This document shows positions 1 to 8,153 of a stretch of DNA of 64,000 nt, piece by piece. Source of the DNA: Candidatus Latescibacterota bacterium (lineage in GTDB: Bacteria > Latescibacterota > UBA2968 > UBA8231); the NCBI GenBank assembly GCA_964291625.2, contig OZ220089.1:4288001-4352000 (forward strand), read 5' to 3'. The translations under genes were made by a program, and so were the position numbers. The notes below the pieces were generated by a model, which saw nothing but the letters and a program-made list of their open reading frames with translations, did no database searches and was not told the DNA's origin. Every line of letters starts with the position of its first letter. Within the stretch, counting starts at the first letter, position 1.

Positions 1-1188
1 GCGGCGCCAGCCCTCGCCGGGCATGATGCGGCGCATGAACTGGTCGAAGAGGGGGACCGTGAAGGCGGTGTCGCCGTGGCCGGGGCTCCAGATCATGCCC
101 TTCGAGATCAGTTGGGCCCTCGCCGGCCCGAGGGAGGTGACCTTGAGACCCAAGGCCCGCGCGATGTCCCCCGAGCGATGCGGGCCGGGCCCCAGCTCCG
201 ACATGGCCCTCAGGTACCTCTTTTCCGAGGTGGTCAGGCGGTCGAACCGCACCCGGAAGAAGCCCTCGTCCAGAGCGGCGACGACTACGTTCGAGGCGCG
301 CTCGACGTCGGCGATCCCGATCGACGGGCCCGCCGCCACATCCCAGGAGTGCTTCCCCCACTCCTGAAGGAAGTACGGGTACCCGTGAGTCTCCTGAACG
401 ATGCGCTCCAGGGCGTCATCGTCGATGGTCACGCCTTCATCCTCGGCCGGCTTGACGATGGCCGTTCGGGCCGCCTCGGCTCCGAGCGGTCCGACCCGTG
501 GAAAGTCGAACAACCTCTCGGCGTATGACTTCGCCCTTCCGGTGCGGGCCCGGAGCTGCGGCAGGCCGGCTCCGACCATGACGACGGGCAACCGCCGCTG
601 GGCGGTCAGGTGCAGGGAGATGATCAGCGCCGCCAGCTCCTCCTCGTCGACGTACTGGAGCTCGTCGACGAACAGGGACAGCGCCGTCTCCGCCTCCCTG
701 GCCGCAAGACCGGCGGCCTCCAGCAACGCCTGCAGATCCATCTCGAGGTCGCCATTGTCGGCCAGGCCCGGCTCCGGCTCGAGATCGAGCCCCACCTCGA
801 TGTCCTGGTACTTCACCTTGAGAGCGGCGGCGAAGCCCGCCAGGCCCCTGAGCGCCCTGAGAGCGAGACCCTTCGCCTTCTCGTTGTTGGACAACTGGAG
901 CAGCGCCTGCCTCAACTGGGGAGCCAGCAGGGCGGGGAGAGAGCGATTATCCGGCGCCTCGACGGACAAGGTGCGGATACCGGCTGCCTGCGCGTCCACG
1001 CGCATGCTCTCGAGCAGCACGGTCTTGCCGACCCCCCTCAGGCCGACCATGAGAAGGCTCTTGGCCGGCCGGCCGAGTCTGATCCTGGCCAGCGCCACAC
1101 GGACGCTCTGGCGCAGGTCGTCCCGGCCTGCCAGCTGGGGCGGAGGCGTGCCGGCCCCGGGAGCGTAGGGGTTCCTGATCGGATCCAT
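1..1188 (-). CDS. AAA-family ATPase (AAA_16-like), 3' end runs off the window
   Basis: Not in the ORF track. Manual minus-strand translation from ATG 1188 gives MDPIRNPYAPGAGTPPPQLAGRDD...GLRGVGKT (Walker A); the same frame reads FTVPLFDQFMRR near base 1. Confidence 0.85.
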   Translation of the reverse strand, partial: MDPIRNPYAPGAGTPPPQLAGRDDLRQSVRVALARIRLGRPAKSLLMVGLRGVGKTVLLESMRVDAQAAGIRTLSVEAPDNRSLPALLAPQLRQALLQLSNNEKAKGLALRALRGLAGFAAALKVKYQDIEVGLDLEPEPGLADNGDLEMDLQALLEAAGLAAREAETALSLFVDELQYVDEEELAALIISLHLTAQRRLPVVMVGAGLPQLRARTGRAKSYAERLFDFPRVGPLGAEAARTAIVKPAEDEGVTIDDDALERIVQETHGYPYFLQEWGKHSWDVAAGPSIGIADVERASNVVVAALDEGFFRVRFDRLTTSEKRYLRAMSELGPGPHRSGDIARALGLKVTSLGPARAQLISKGMIWSPGHGDTAFTVPLFDQFMRRIMPGEGWRR

Positions 1189-1201
1189 GGCCGCCGATTA
1201 T

Positions 1202-1260
1202 GGGGAGTTTAGGCGATTATGTCAATATTATGTCATAACCAAAATTTTGCTAACTTCCCC
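1202..1260. promoter_or_regulatory. AT-rich divergent promoter/operator region
   Basis: Direct repeat ATTATGTCA at 1216-1224 and 1227-1235, flanked by imperfect inverted repeat GGGGAGTTTAG (1202-1212) / CTAACTTCCCC (1250-1260). Confidence 0.4.
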
Positions 1261-1384
1261 CAAACTACCGGCCACAGGGAGGTGCGCCGCGTCCCTGGAG
1301 TCCCCGGAGACCCGCCCCCGCAGGAACCGCCCCTGGTTGCGGAACGTCGGCTGGCCGGGCATATTGGCCGTGAACGGAGCCGAG

Positions 1385-1762
1385 ATGAGAATCCCCCGAG
1401 CCATCGCGCTGGCAGTGCTCGTCGCGGCGCTGCCGGCCAGCAGCGTCGCCGCCGCGGCGGACTGCTCGCCGTGCGCGCTGGCGGTGGCGGCCCCCGGCTG
1501 CCACGCGCCCGCGGCGGCTGACTCCGAGCAGCTCCGGTCCGCCTGCTGCTGCGCCGCCCTGAGCTGCGCCGACGATTCCCGACCTTCCGCCGATCCCGCT
1601 CCAACCTGGCTGCCCTCCGGCCCCGGGACCTCCGCCACCCCTCCCGCGGGCCCGCCGGTCCAGGCCCTCCGCGCCGCGGACCACGAGCCTGTCGCACCAG
1701 GGCCCCCGCCCCGGGCCGCCAAGGTCCCCCTCTACGCGCTCCACGGCATCTACCTGATCTGA
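1385..1762 (+). CDS. Cys-rich, Pro-rich leader/uORF protein with signal peptide (DUF2946/CruR-like architecture)
   Basis: MRIPRAIALAVLVAALPASSVAAAA signal, CSPC, CH and CCC..SC clusters, C-terminal PPPRAAKVPLYALHGIYLI; lies directly upstream of a metal efflux operon. Confidence 0.7.
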   Translation: MRIPRAIALAVLVAALPASSVAAAADCSPCALAVAAPGCHAPAAADSEQLRSACCCAALSCADDSRPSADPAPTWLPSGPGTSATPPAGPPVQALRAADHEPVAPGPPPRAAKVPLYALHGIYLI

Positions 1763-1903
1763 TCCTTCTCCGCTCTCGCCGCGCCCGCGGGCACGGCGCA
1801 GAGCCGCATCGAGCGATGCGCTGGCCGGGCCGGCCCCTCAGGGCCAGGCCGCGTGGCCGCGCATGTTGCGTACCGGTCCGACGCCGGAAACAGGAGAAGG
1901 AGA
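1763..1903 (+). promoter_or_regulatory. Structured intergenic leader with anti-SD
   Basis: TCCTTCTCC (1763-1771) is the exact reverse complement of GGAGAAGGA (1893-1901), the SD region of cusC; a GC-rich hairpin spans 1772-1804. Confidence 0.55.
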
Positions 1904-3163
1904 ATGCACCGGAGAGCTATCTGCGCCGCGGTCGTGGCCCTGGCCGCCGCGGCGCCCGCGGAACCCCCTGAGCTGGACCTCGACCTCCTGATCGAGGAGG
2001 CCCTCACCTCGAACCTGTCGCTGCAGGTGCTGAAGCACGGCTCTGCCGCCGCCCGGTCGGCGGTCCCGGCGGCCGGGGCCCTGCCCGACCCGGGGCTGAA
2101 GGTCGAGCTGAGCAACGTCCCCTTCCGCCCCCTCGACATCGACGGCTCGCCCATGAGCGGCCGCCAGCTCATGCTCTCCCAGAAGCTGCCCTACCCGGGG
2201 AAGCGGGCGGCCCGGGAGCGCGCCGCCTCCCACGCGGCGGCCGCCGCCGAGGCCGCCCGCCAGGAGCGCGAGGCGACCGTCGTCAACCTGGTGAAGCAGG
2301 CCTGGTTCGACCTGGATCTCCTCGACCGCTCGATCGCCATCACCGGGAGGAACCGGGACCTGCTGCGGGACTTCGTGCGCATCGCCCGGACGAAGTACTC
2401 CGTGGGGCGGGTGCCGCAGCAGGATGTGCTCAAGGCCCAGGTGTCCCTGTCGAGCCTGCGCCGGCGCCTGCTGCACATGGAGGGGGAGCGGCGGCGGACG
2501 GCGGCGCGGCTCAACACCCTGCTGGACCGGGATCCCCGCGAGCCGGTGGGCCGCATCCCGGCCCGGGAGCAGACGCCCCTGGAGTTCGAGGCGGTCCGGC
2601 TGCTGGAGCTGGCCCTGGACGGGCGGCCCCTGCTCGAGGGCCTGCGCCTGGGCCGGGAGCGCTGGCGCGCCGCCGAGGAGCTGGCCGTCCTCGACCGGCG
2701 GCCCGACTTCCAGGTGAACGCCGGCTGGCGCCAGCGCGGCTTCGAGGACGATCCCGTCTCGGGCAGCGACTTCTTCTCCGTGGGGGTGATGATGACCCTG
2801 CCCGTCTACAAGGGGCGCAAGCAGGATTCCCGGATCGCCGAGGCGAGGGCGCGGGTCCGGGAGGCCGAGGCCCGCATCGAGGCCGAGATCCGCGAGCTGG
2901 CGCTGCGGATCGAGGAGCTCCACGTCGACGCCGAGACCCACCTGCGGGAGATGGCCCTCTTCCGGGACGTCATCATCCCCCAGGCCGACCAGTCCCTGGC
3001 CGCGGCGGTCGCCGGCTACCAGGTGGACGAGGTCGACTTCCTCACCCTCCTCGACAACCAGATGACCCTGCTGGAGTTCGAGATCGACTACCATCGCCAC
3101 CTGTCGCAGTACGAGAAGAGCCTGGCCCACCTCGAGTCCGTCGTCGGCCGGCGGCTCTTCTGA
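1904..3163 (+). CDS. cusC: TolC/CusC-family outer membrane efflux protein
   Basis: Signal peptide, ALPDP and SQKLPYPGKR motifs, AGYQVDEVDFLTLLD C-terminus; strong SD before ATG 1904. Confidence 0.9.
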   Translation: MHRRAICAAVVALAAAAPAEPPELDLDLLIEEALTSNLSLQVLKHGSAAARSAVPAAGALPDPGLKVELSNVPFRPLDIDGSPMSGRQLMLSQKLPYPGKRAARERAASHAAAAAEAARQEREATVVNLVKQAWFDLDLLDRSIAITGRNRDLLRDFVRIARTKYSVGRVPQQDVLKAQVSLSSLRRRLLHMEGERRRTAARLNTLLDRDPREPVGRIPAREQTPLEFEAVRLLELALDGRPLLEGLRLGRERWRAAEELAVLDRRPDFQVNAGWRQRGFEDDPVSGSDFFSVGVMMTLPVYKGRKQDSRIAEARARVREAEARIEAEIRELALRIEELHVDAETHLREMALFRDVIIPQADQSLAAAVAGYQVDEVDFLTLLDNQMTLLEFEIDYHRHLSQYEKSLAHLESVVGRRLF

Positions 3164-3179
3164 GCGCGGAGGAAAGACC

Positions 3180-4550
3180 ATGTGGAAATACGCGATCGCC
3201 GTGATCCTGTCCCTGGCCGCCGGCACCGCCTTCGGCCTCTGGCTGGGCGGCGCCGGCGCGGGGGCGGGAGCGATGCACGCCCACCAGGAAGAGGCCGACG
3301 TCCACCGCTGCCCCATGCACCCCACCGTCGTCTCCGAGGGGCCGGGAAGCTGCCCGGTCTGCGGCATGGACCTGGTGGCCGACGAGCCGGCGCCGAGCAG
3401 CGCCTCCGGCGGGGAGCGCGCCGTCGCCTACTGGCGGGCGCCGATGGACCCGTCGTACACCTCCCACGAGCCGGGCCAATCGCCCATGGGCATGGACCTG
3501 GTGCCGGTCTACGAGGACGAGCTGCAGGCCGAGGGCACGGTGACGATCGACCCGGCGACGGTGCAGAACATCGGCGTCAGGACGGCGCCGGTGGAGCGCC
3601 GGCCCCTGCACCGCACGGTGCGCACCGTGGGCCGCGTCGACTACGACGAGACGCGCATGACCGACGTCAACACCAAGATCGCCGGCTGGGTGGAGCAGCT
3701 CTTCGTCGACTACACGGGTCAGATGGTGGAGAAGGGGGAGCCCCTGCTGCAGATCTTCAGCCCGGAGCTGGTGGCCGCCCAGGAGGAGTACCTCACCGCC
3801 GTCGACTACAGCGAGCGCCTGATGGCCGGCGGCGGGGGCGAGGTCGTGACCGGGGCCCGGGACCTGCTGTCGGCGGCGCTGCAGCGGCTGCGCTACTGGG
3901 ACATCAGCGACCGCCAGATCGAGGAGCTGCGGCAGACGGGGGAGGCGCGGCGCACCATGACCGTGCACTCGCCCCAGCAGGGCACGGTGGTCCACAAGGC
4001 GGTCCTCGACGGCCAGCACATCGGCCCGGGGCAGCACCTCTACCGCATCGCCGAGCTGTCGCGGGTGTGGGTCTACGCCGACGTCTACGAGTACGAGCTG
4101 CCGTGGGTGCGGGAAGGGCAGGAGGCCGAGGTCGAGCTCTCCTACCTGCCGGGCCGGACCTTCACCGGCAAGGTCACCTACGTCTATCCCTTCCTCGAGC
4201 CGGAGACGCGGACCGTCAAGGTGCGCATGAGCTTCGCCAACCCCGAGCTGGAGCTGAAGCCGGAGATGTACGCCAACGTCACCATCCGCTCGCCCCTGCC
4301 GGCCGACAGCGTCCTCACGGTCCCGGTGCAGGCGGTGATCCACTCCGGTCCGCGCCGACTGGCCGTGATCAGCCTCGGCGAGGGCCGCTTCCAGCCCCGG
4401 GAGATCCGCGTCGGCGCCGAGGCGGAGGGCTTCTACGAGGTCCTGGAGGGCCTGCGTGAAGGGGAGCGGATCGTCACCTCGGCCCAGTTCCTCATCGACT
4501 CGGAGAGCAACCTGAAGGCGGCGGTCAGCTCCCTGGGGGAGGGGACGTGA
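3180..4550 (+). CDS. cusB: RND periplasmic adaptor, CusB family, with heavy-metal-binding repeats
   Basis: CPMHP..PGSCPVCGMDL and YWRAPMDP..SPMGMDLVPVY motifs; LKPEMYANV; AQFLIDSESNL. Confidence 0.93.
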   Translation: MWKYAIAVILSLAAGTAFGLWLGGAGAGAGAMHAHQEEADVHRCPMHPTVVSEGPGSCPVCGMDLVADEPAPSSASGGERAVAYWRAPMDPSYTSHEPGQSPMGMDLVPVYEDELQAEGTVTIDPATVQNIGVRTAPVERRPLHRTVRTVGRVDYDETRMTDVNTKIAGWVEQLFVDYTGQMVEKGEPLLQIFSPELVAAQEEYLTAVDYSERLMAGGGGEVVTGARDLLSAALQRLRYWDISDRQIEELRQTGEARRTMTVHSPQQGTVVHKAVLDGQHIGPGQHLYRIAELSRVWVYADVYEYELPWVREGQEAEVELSYLPGRTFTGKVTYVYPFLEPETRTVKVRMSFANPELELKPEMYANVTIRSPLPADSVLTVPVQAVIHSGPRRLAVISLGEGRFQPREIRVGAEAEGFYEVLEGLREGERIVTSAQFLIDSESNLKAAVSSLGEGT

Positions 4551-7500
4551 TGATCGGGCGCATCATCGAGGCCTGCGTCAACAACAAGCTGCTCACGGTG
4601 CTGGTGACCCTGCTGGCCGCCGGCGCCGGCTTCCTCGCCATGTCCGACACCCCCCTCGACGCCATCCCCGACCTGTCGGACGTGCAGGTGATCGTCCTTA
4701 CCGAGTACCCGGGGCAGGCGCCCCAGGTGGTGGAGGACCAGGTGACCTTCCCCCTGAGCACGGCGATGCTGGCCGTGCCCTACGCCAAGGCGGTGCGGGG
4801 GTACTCCTTCTTCGGCCTCTCCTTCGTCTACGTCATCTTCGAGGACGGCACCGACATGTACTGGGCGAGGAGCCGCGTCCTCGAGTACCTCAGCTTCGCC
4901 GGCGACCGCCTCCCCGAGGGGGTGCAGCCGCGGCTCGGTCCCGACGCCACCGGCGTCGGCTGGGTCTACGAGTACGCCCTCGTCGACACCAGCGGCCGCC
5001 GCGACCTCGCCGAGCTGCGCTCGATCCAGGACTGGTACCTGCGCTACGAGCTGACCAGCGTGCCCGGCGTCGCCGAGGTGGCCAGCATCGGCGGCTTCGT
5101 CAAGCAGTACCAGGTGACGGTCGACCCCAACAAGCTGCTGGCCTACGGGGTCTCGCTGCAGCAGGTGAAACGCGCCATCCAGCGCAGCAACAACGACGTC
5201 GGCGGCCGCCTCATCGAGCTGGCCGAGACCGAGTTCATGGTGCGCGGCCTCGGCTACATCCGTTCCGTCGAGGACATCCGCGAGGTGCCCGTGAGCGCCG
5301 GCCGCTCCGGCACCCCGGTGCGGGTGCGGGACATCGCCACCGTGCAGGTGGGGCCCGAGCTGCGCCGCGGCCTGGCGGAGTGGAACGGCGAGGGGGAGGT
5401 GGCCGGCGGCATCGTGGTCATGCGCTACGGCGAGAACGCCCTGGCCGTGATCGACGCCGTCAAGGCGAGGCTCGCCGAGCTGCAGGACGGCCTGCCGGAA
5501 GGGGTGGTGGTGGAGACCGCCTACGACCGCTCCGGCCTCATCCGCCGCGCCGTGGGCCACCTGCGCGAGAAGCTGGTGGAGGAGTGCCTGGTGGTGGCCG
5601 CCGTCTGCGGGCTCTTCCTGCTCCACTTCCGCAGCGCCTTCGCCGCCGTCTTCACCCTGCCCCTGGGCATCCTCGTCGCCTTCATCGTCATGTGGGGCCA
5701 GGGGATCAACGCCAACATCATGTCCCTCGGGGGGATCGCCATCGCCGTGGGGGCCATGGTCGACGCCGGTATCGTGCAGATCGAGAACGCCCACCGCCAC
5801 CTGGCGCGGGACCGGGGCCGCAAGGACCACTGGGCGATCATCGCCGCCGCCTCCAAGGAGGTGGGGCCGGCCCTGTTCTTCTCCCTCCTCATCGTCACCC
5901 TCTCCTTCCTGCCCGTCTTCACCCTGGAGGCCCAGGAAGGGCGGCTCTTCAAGCCCCTGGCCTACACCAAGACCTACGCCATGGCCGCCGCGGCCCTGCT
6001 GTCGATCACGGTGGTGCCCGTGCTCATCGGCTTCTGCCTGAAGGGGCGGGTCGTCGACGCCGACCGCAATCCGCTCAACCGGGTTCTGACGCGGGGCTAC
6101 GGGCCGGTCCTGGACTGGCTGCTGCGCCACAAGGCCGCCACCCTGGCCGCCGCCGCGGCGGTGATGTTCGTGTCGGTGTTTCCCTTCCGCAGCGTGGTGG
6201 TGGAGCGCTTCGCCGAGCGGCCCGGCAGCCTGGCGCACACGGCGCTGTCCCGCCTGCAGGGGCTCTTTCCCCTGGAGCAGATCGGCTCGGAGTTCATGCC
6301 GCCCCTGTACGAGGGGGACCTGCTCTACATGCCGACCACCCTGCCCGGGGTCTCGGTGACCAAGGCGCGGGAGCTGCTGCAGCAGACCGACCGCATCATC
6401 CGCACCTTCCCGGAGGTGGAGAACGTCTTCGGCAAGATCGGCCGCGCCGAGACCGCCACCGACCCGGCGCCCCTGTCGATGATCGAGACCACCATCACCC
6501 TGAAGCCGCAGGACCAGTGGCGGCCGGGCATGACCCCGCAGAAACTGGTGGAGGAGCTGGACCGGGCGGTGCGCTTCCCGGGGCTGACCAACGCCTGGAC
6601 GATGCCGATCAAGACGCGCATCGACATGCTCTCCACCGGCATCAAGACCCCCGTGGGCATCAAGGTAGCCGGCGACGATCTCGAGACGCTGGAGGAGGTG
6701 GGCCGGCGGATCGAGCAGGTGGTGCGGGAGATCCCGGGCACGGCCAGCGTCTACGCCGAGCGGGTCGCCGGCGGCAACTACGTCGACTTCGAGATCGACC
6801 GCGAGGAGGCCGGGCGCTACGGCCTGACGGTGGGGGACGTGCAGGAGGTGATCCTGTCGGCCATGGGCGGCATGAACATCACCCACACCGTGGAGGGCCG
6901 CGAGCGCTACCCGGTGAACCTGCGCTACGGGCGGGAGCTGCGCGACAACCTGCCCGCCCTGAGGCGGGTCCTGGTGGCCACGTCCACGGGGGCCCAGATC
7001 CCCATCGGGCAGGTCGCCGACCTGCGCATCCGCAAGGGGCCGCCCGGCATCAAGAGCGAGAACGCCCGCCTCAACGCCTGGGTCTACGTCGACATCCGCG
7101 ACGTCGACGTGGGCACCTACGTCGAGCGCGCCCGCCAGATCGTGGCCGAACGGATCGACCTGCCCCAGGGATACAGCCTGATCTGGAGCGGCCAGTACGA
7201 GTACATGGAGAGGGCCAAGGAGCGGCTGAGCCTCGTCGTGCCGGTCACCCTGGCCATCATCTTCCTGCTCCTCTTCCTCCACTTCCGCAGCGTCGTGGAG
7301 AGCCTCATCGTCATGCTCACCCTGCCCTTCGCCCTGGTGGGCGGGATCTGGCTCATCTACATCCTGGACTACAACATGAGCGTCGCCGTGGGCGTGGGTT
7401 TCATCGCCCTCGCCGGGGTCAGCGCCGAGCTCGGGGTGGTGATGCTCACCTACCTCGACCAGGCCCTGGAGGCCCGCCGCACCGAAGGCCGGCTCGAGGA

Positions 7501-7798
7501 CCGGGCCGATCTCGCCGCCGCCATCGTCGAGGGGGCGTCCCGGCGCGTGCGCCCGATCTTCATGACCGTGGGTTCGACGGTGGGCGGTCTGCTGCCGATC
7601 ATGTGGGCCACGGGCGCCGGGTCGCAGGTGATGAAGCGGATCGCCGCGCCCATGGTGGGCGGGCTGGCGACGGCTACACTTCTGGCGCTGCTGGTGTTGC
7701 CGGCCGTATATGCGCTGTGGCGTGGTTTCCAGATGCGCGGCGGCACGGAACCGACAACGGATGCACACACCCCCGAGGAAGGAGTGACAGCAGCATGA
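4547..7798 (+). CDS. cusA: CusA/SilA heavy-metal RND permease
   Basis: 1083 aa; PLDAIPDLSDVQVI, SLGGIAIAVGAMVDA, SEFMPPLYEGDLLYMP, TDPAPLSMIET, KRIAAPMVGG. Confidence 0.96.
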   Translation: MMIGRIIEACVNNKLLTVLVTLLAAGAGFLAMSDTPLDAIPDLSDVQVIVLTEYPGQAPQVVEDQVTFPLSTAMLAVPYAKAVRGYSFFGLSFVYVIFEDGTDMYWARSRVLEYLSFAGDRLPEGVQPRLGPDATGVGWVYEYALVDTSGRRDLAELRSIQDWYLRYELTSVPGVAEVASIGGFVKQYQVTVDPNKLLAYGVSLQQVKRAIQRSNNDVGGRLIELAETEFMVRGLGYIRSVEDIREVPVSAGRSGTPVRVRDIATVQVGPELRRGLAEWNGEGEVAGGIVVMRYGENALAVIDAVKARLAELQDGLPEGVVVETAYDRSGLIRRAVGHLREKLVEECLVVAAVCGLFLLHFRSAFAAVFTLPLGILVAFIVMWGQGINANIMSLGGIAIAVGAMVDAGIVQIENAHRHLARDRGRKDHWAIIAAASKEVGPALFFSLLIVTLSFLPVFTLEAQEGRLFKPLAYTKTYAMAAAALLSITVVPVLIGFCLKGRVVDADRNPLNRVLTRGYGPVLDWLLRHKAATLAAAAAVMFVSVFPFRSVVVERFAERPGSLAHTALSRLQGLFPLEQIGSEFMPPLYEGDLLYMPTTLPGVSVTKARELLQQTDRIIRTFPEVENVFGKIGRAETATDPAPLSMIETTITLKPQDQWRPGMTPQKLVEELDRAVRFPGLTNAWTMPIKTRIDMLSTGIKTPVGIKVAGDDLETLEEVGRRIEQVVREIPGTASVYAERVAGGNYVDFEIDREEAGRYGLTVGDVQEVILSAMGGMNITHTVEGRERYPVNLRYGRELRDNLPALRRVLVATSTGAQIPIGQVADLRIRKGPPGIKSENARLNAWVYVDIRDVDVGTYVERARQIVAERIDLPQGYSLIWSGQYEYMERAKERLSLVVPVTLAIIFLLLFLHFRSVVESLIVMLTLPFALVGGIWLIYILDYNMSVAVGVGFIALAGVSAELGVVMLTYLDQALEARRTEGRLEDRADLAAAIVEGASRRVRPIFMTVGSTVGGLLPIMWATGAGSQVMKRIAAPMVGGLATATLLALLVLPAVYALWRGFQMRGGTEPTTDAHTPEEGVTAA

Positions 7799-8136
7799 AA
7801 CGCCTGAAGACCCGAGGGAAAGCCGTCATCGCCGTTGCGGCGGTCGCTGCGGTCCTGGCCGTCGGCGGCTATTTCCTGCAGGGAGAGAGCCAGCCGCCTC
7901 CCCTGCCCGCGGACGGACTCGCCCTCTACCAGACCTTGCTGAGGGAGATCCCGGAGGTTGTGAGCCAGGTGCCGTGCGCCTGCTGCAACCAGAGTCTCTC
8001 CTGGTGCTACGAGGGAGGGTGTCCCCCCACCTGACGGCAGTGCAACGAAGAGGGCCGTGACGCCTTCAAGTGGCACCACGAGGGAAAGGACATCGAGGAG
8101 ATCAAGGAGCTGATCCTGGCGAAGTACTTCCATTGA
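7795..8136 (+). CDS. Probable selenoprotein, PCYCGC-motif-like membrane-anchored protein with UxxC (113 aa if UGA 8032-8034 is read as Sec)
   Basis: ATG overlaps the cusA stop; VPCACCNQSLSWCYEGGCPPT-TGA-RQCNEEGRDAFKWHHEGKDIEEIKELILAKYFH-stop, ending 17 nt before copA. Confidence 0.75.
8035..8067 (+). promoter_or_regulatory. Candidate bacterial SECIS element
   Basis: Stem GAGGGC (8050-8055) / GCCTTC (8062-8067) with loop CGTGAC; loop starts 21 nt after the UGA and has G at position 2. Confidence 0.55.
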
Positions 8137-8153
8137 GGGAGGCCTGACCGCCG

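Noticed and set aside
23-1212. Plus-strand ORFs at the window start
   Set aside because: They are antisense to the real minus-strand AAA ATPase.
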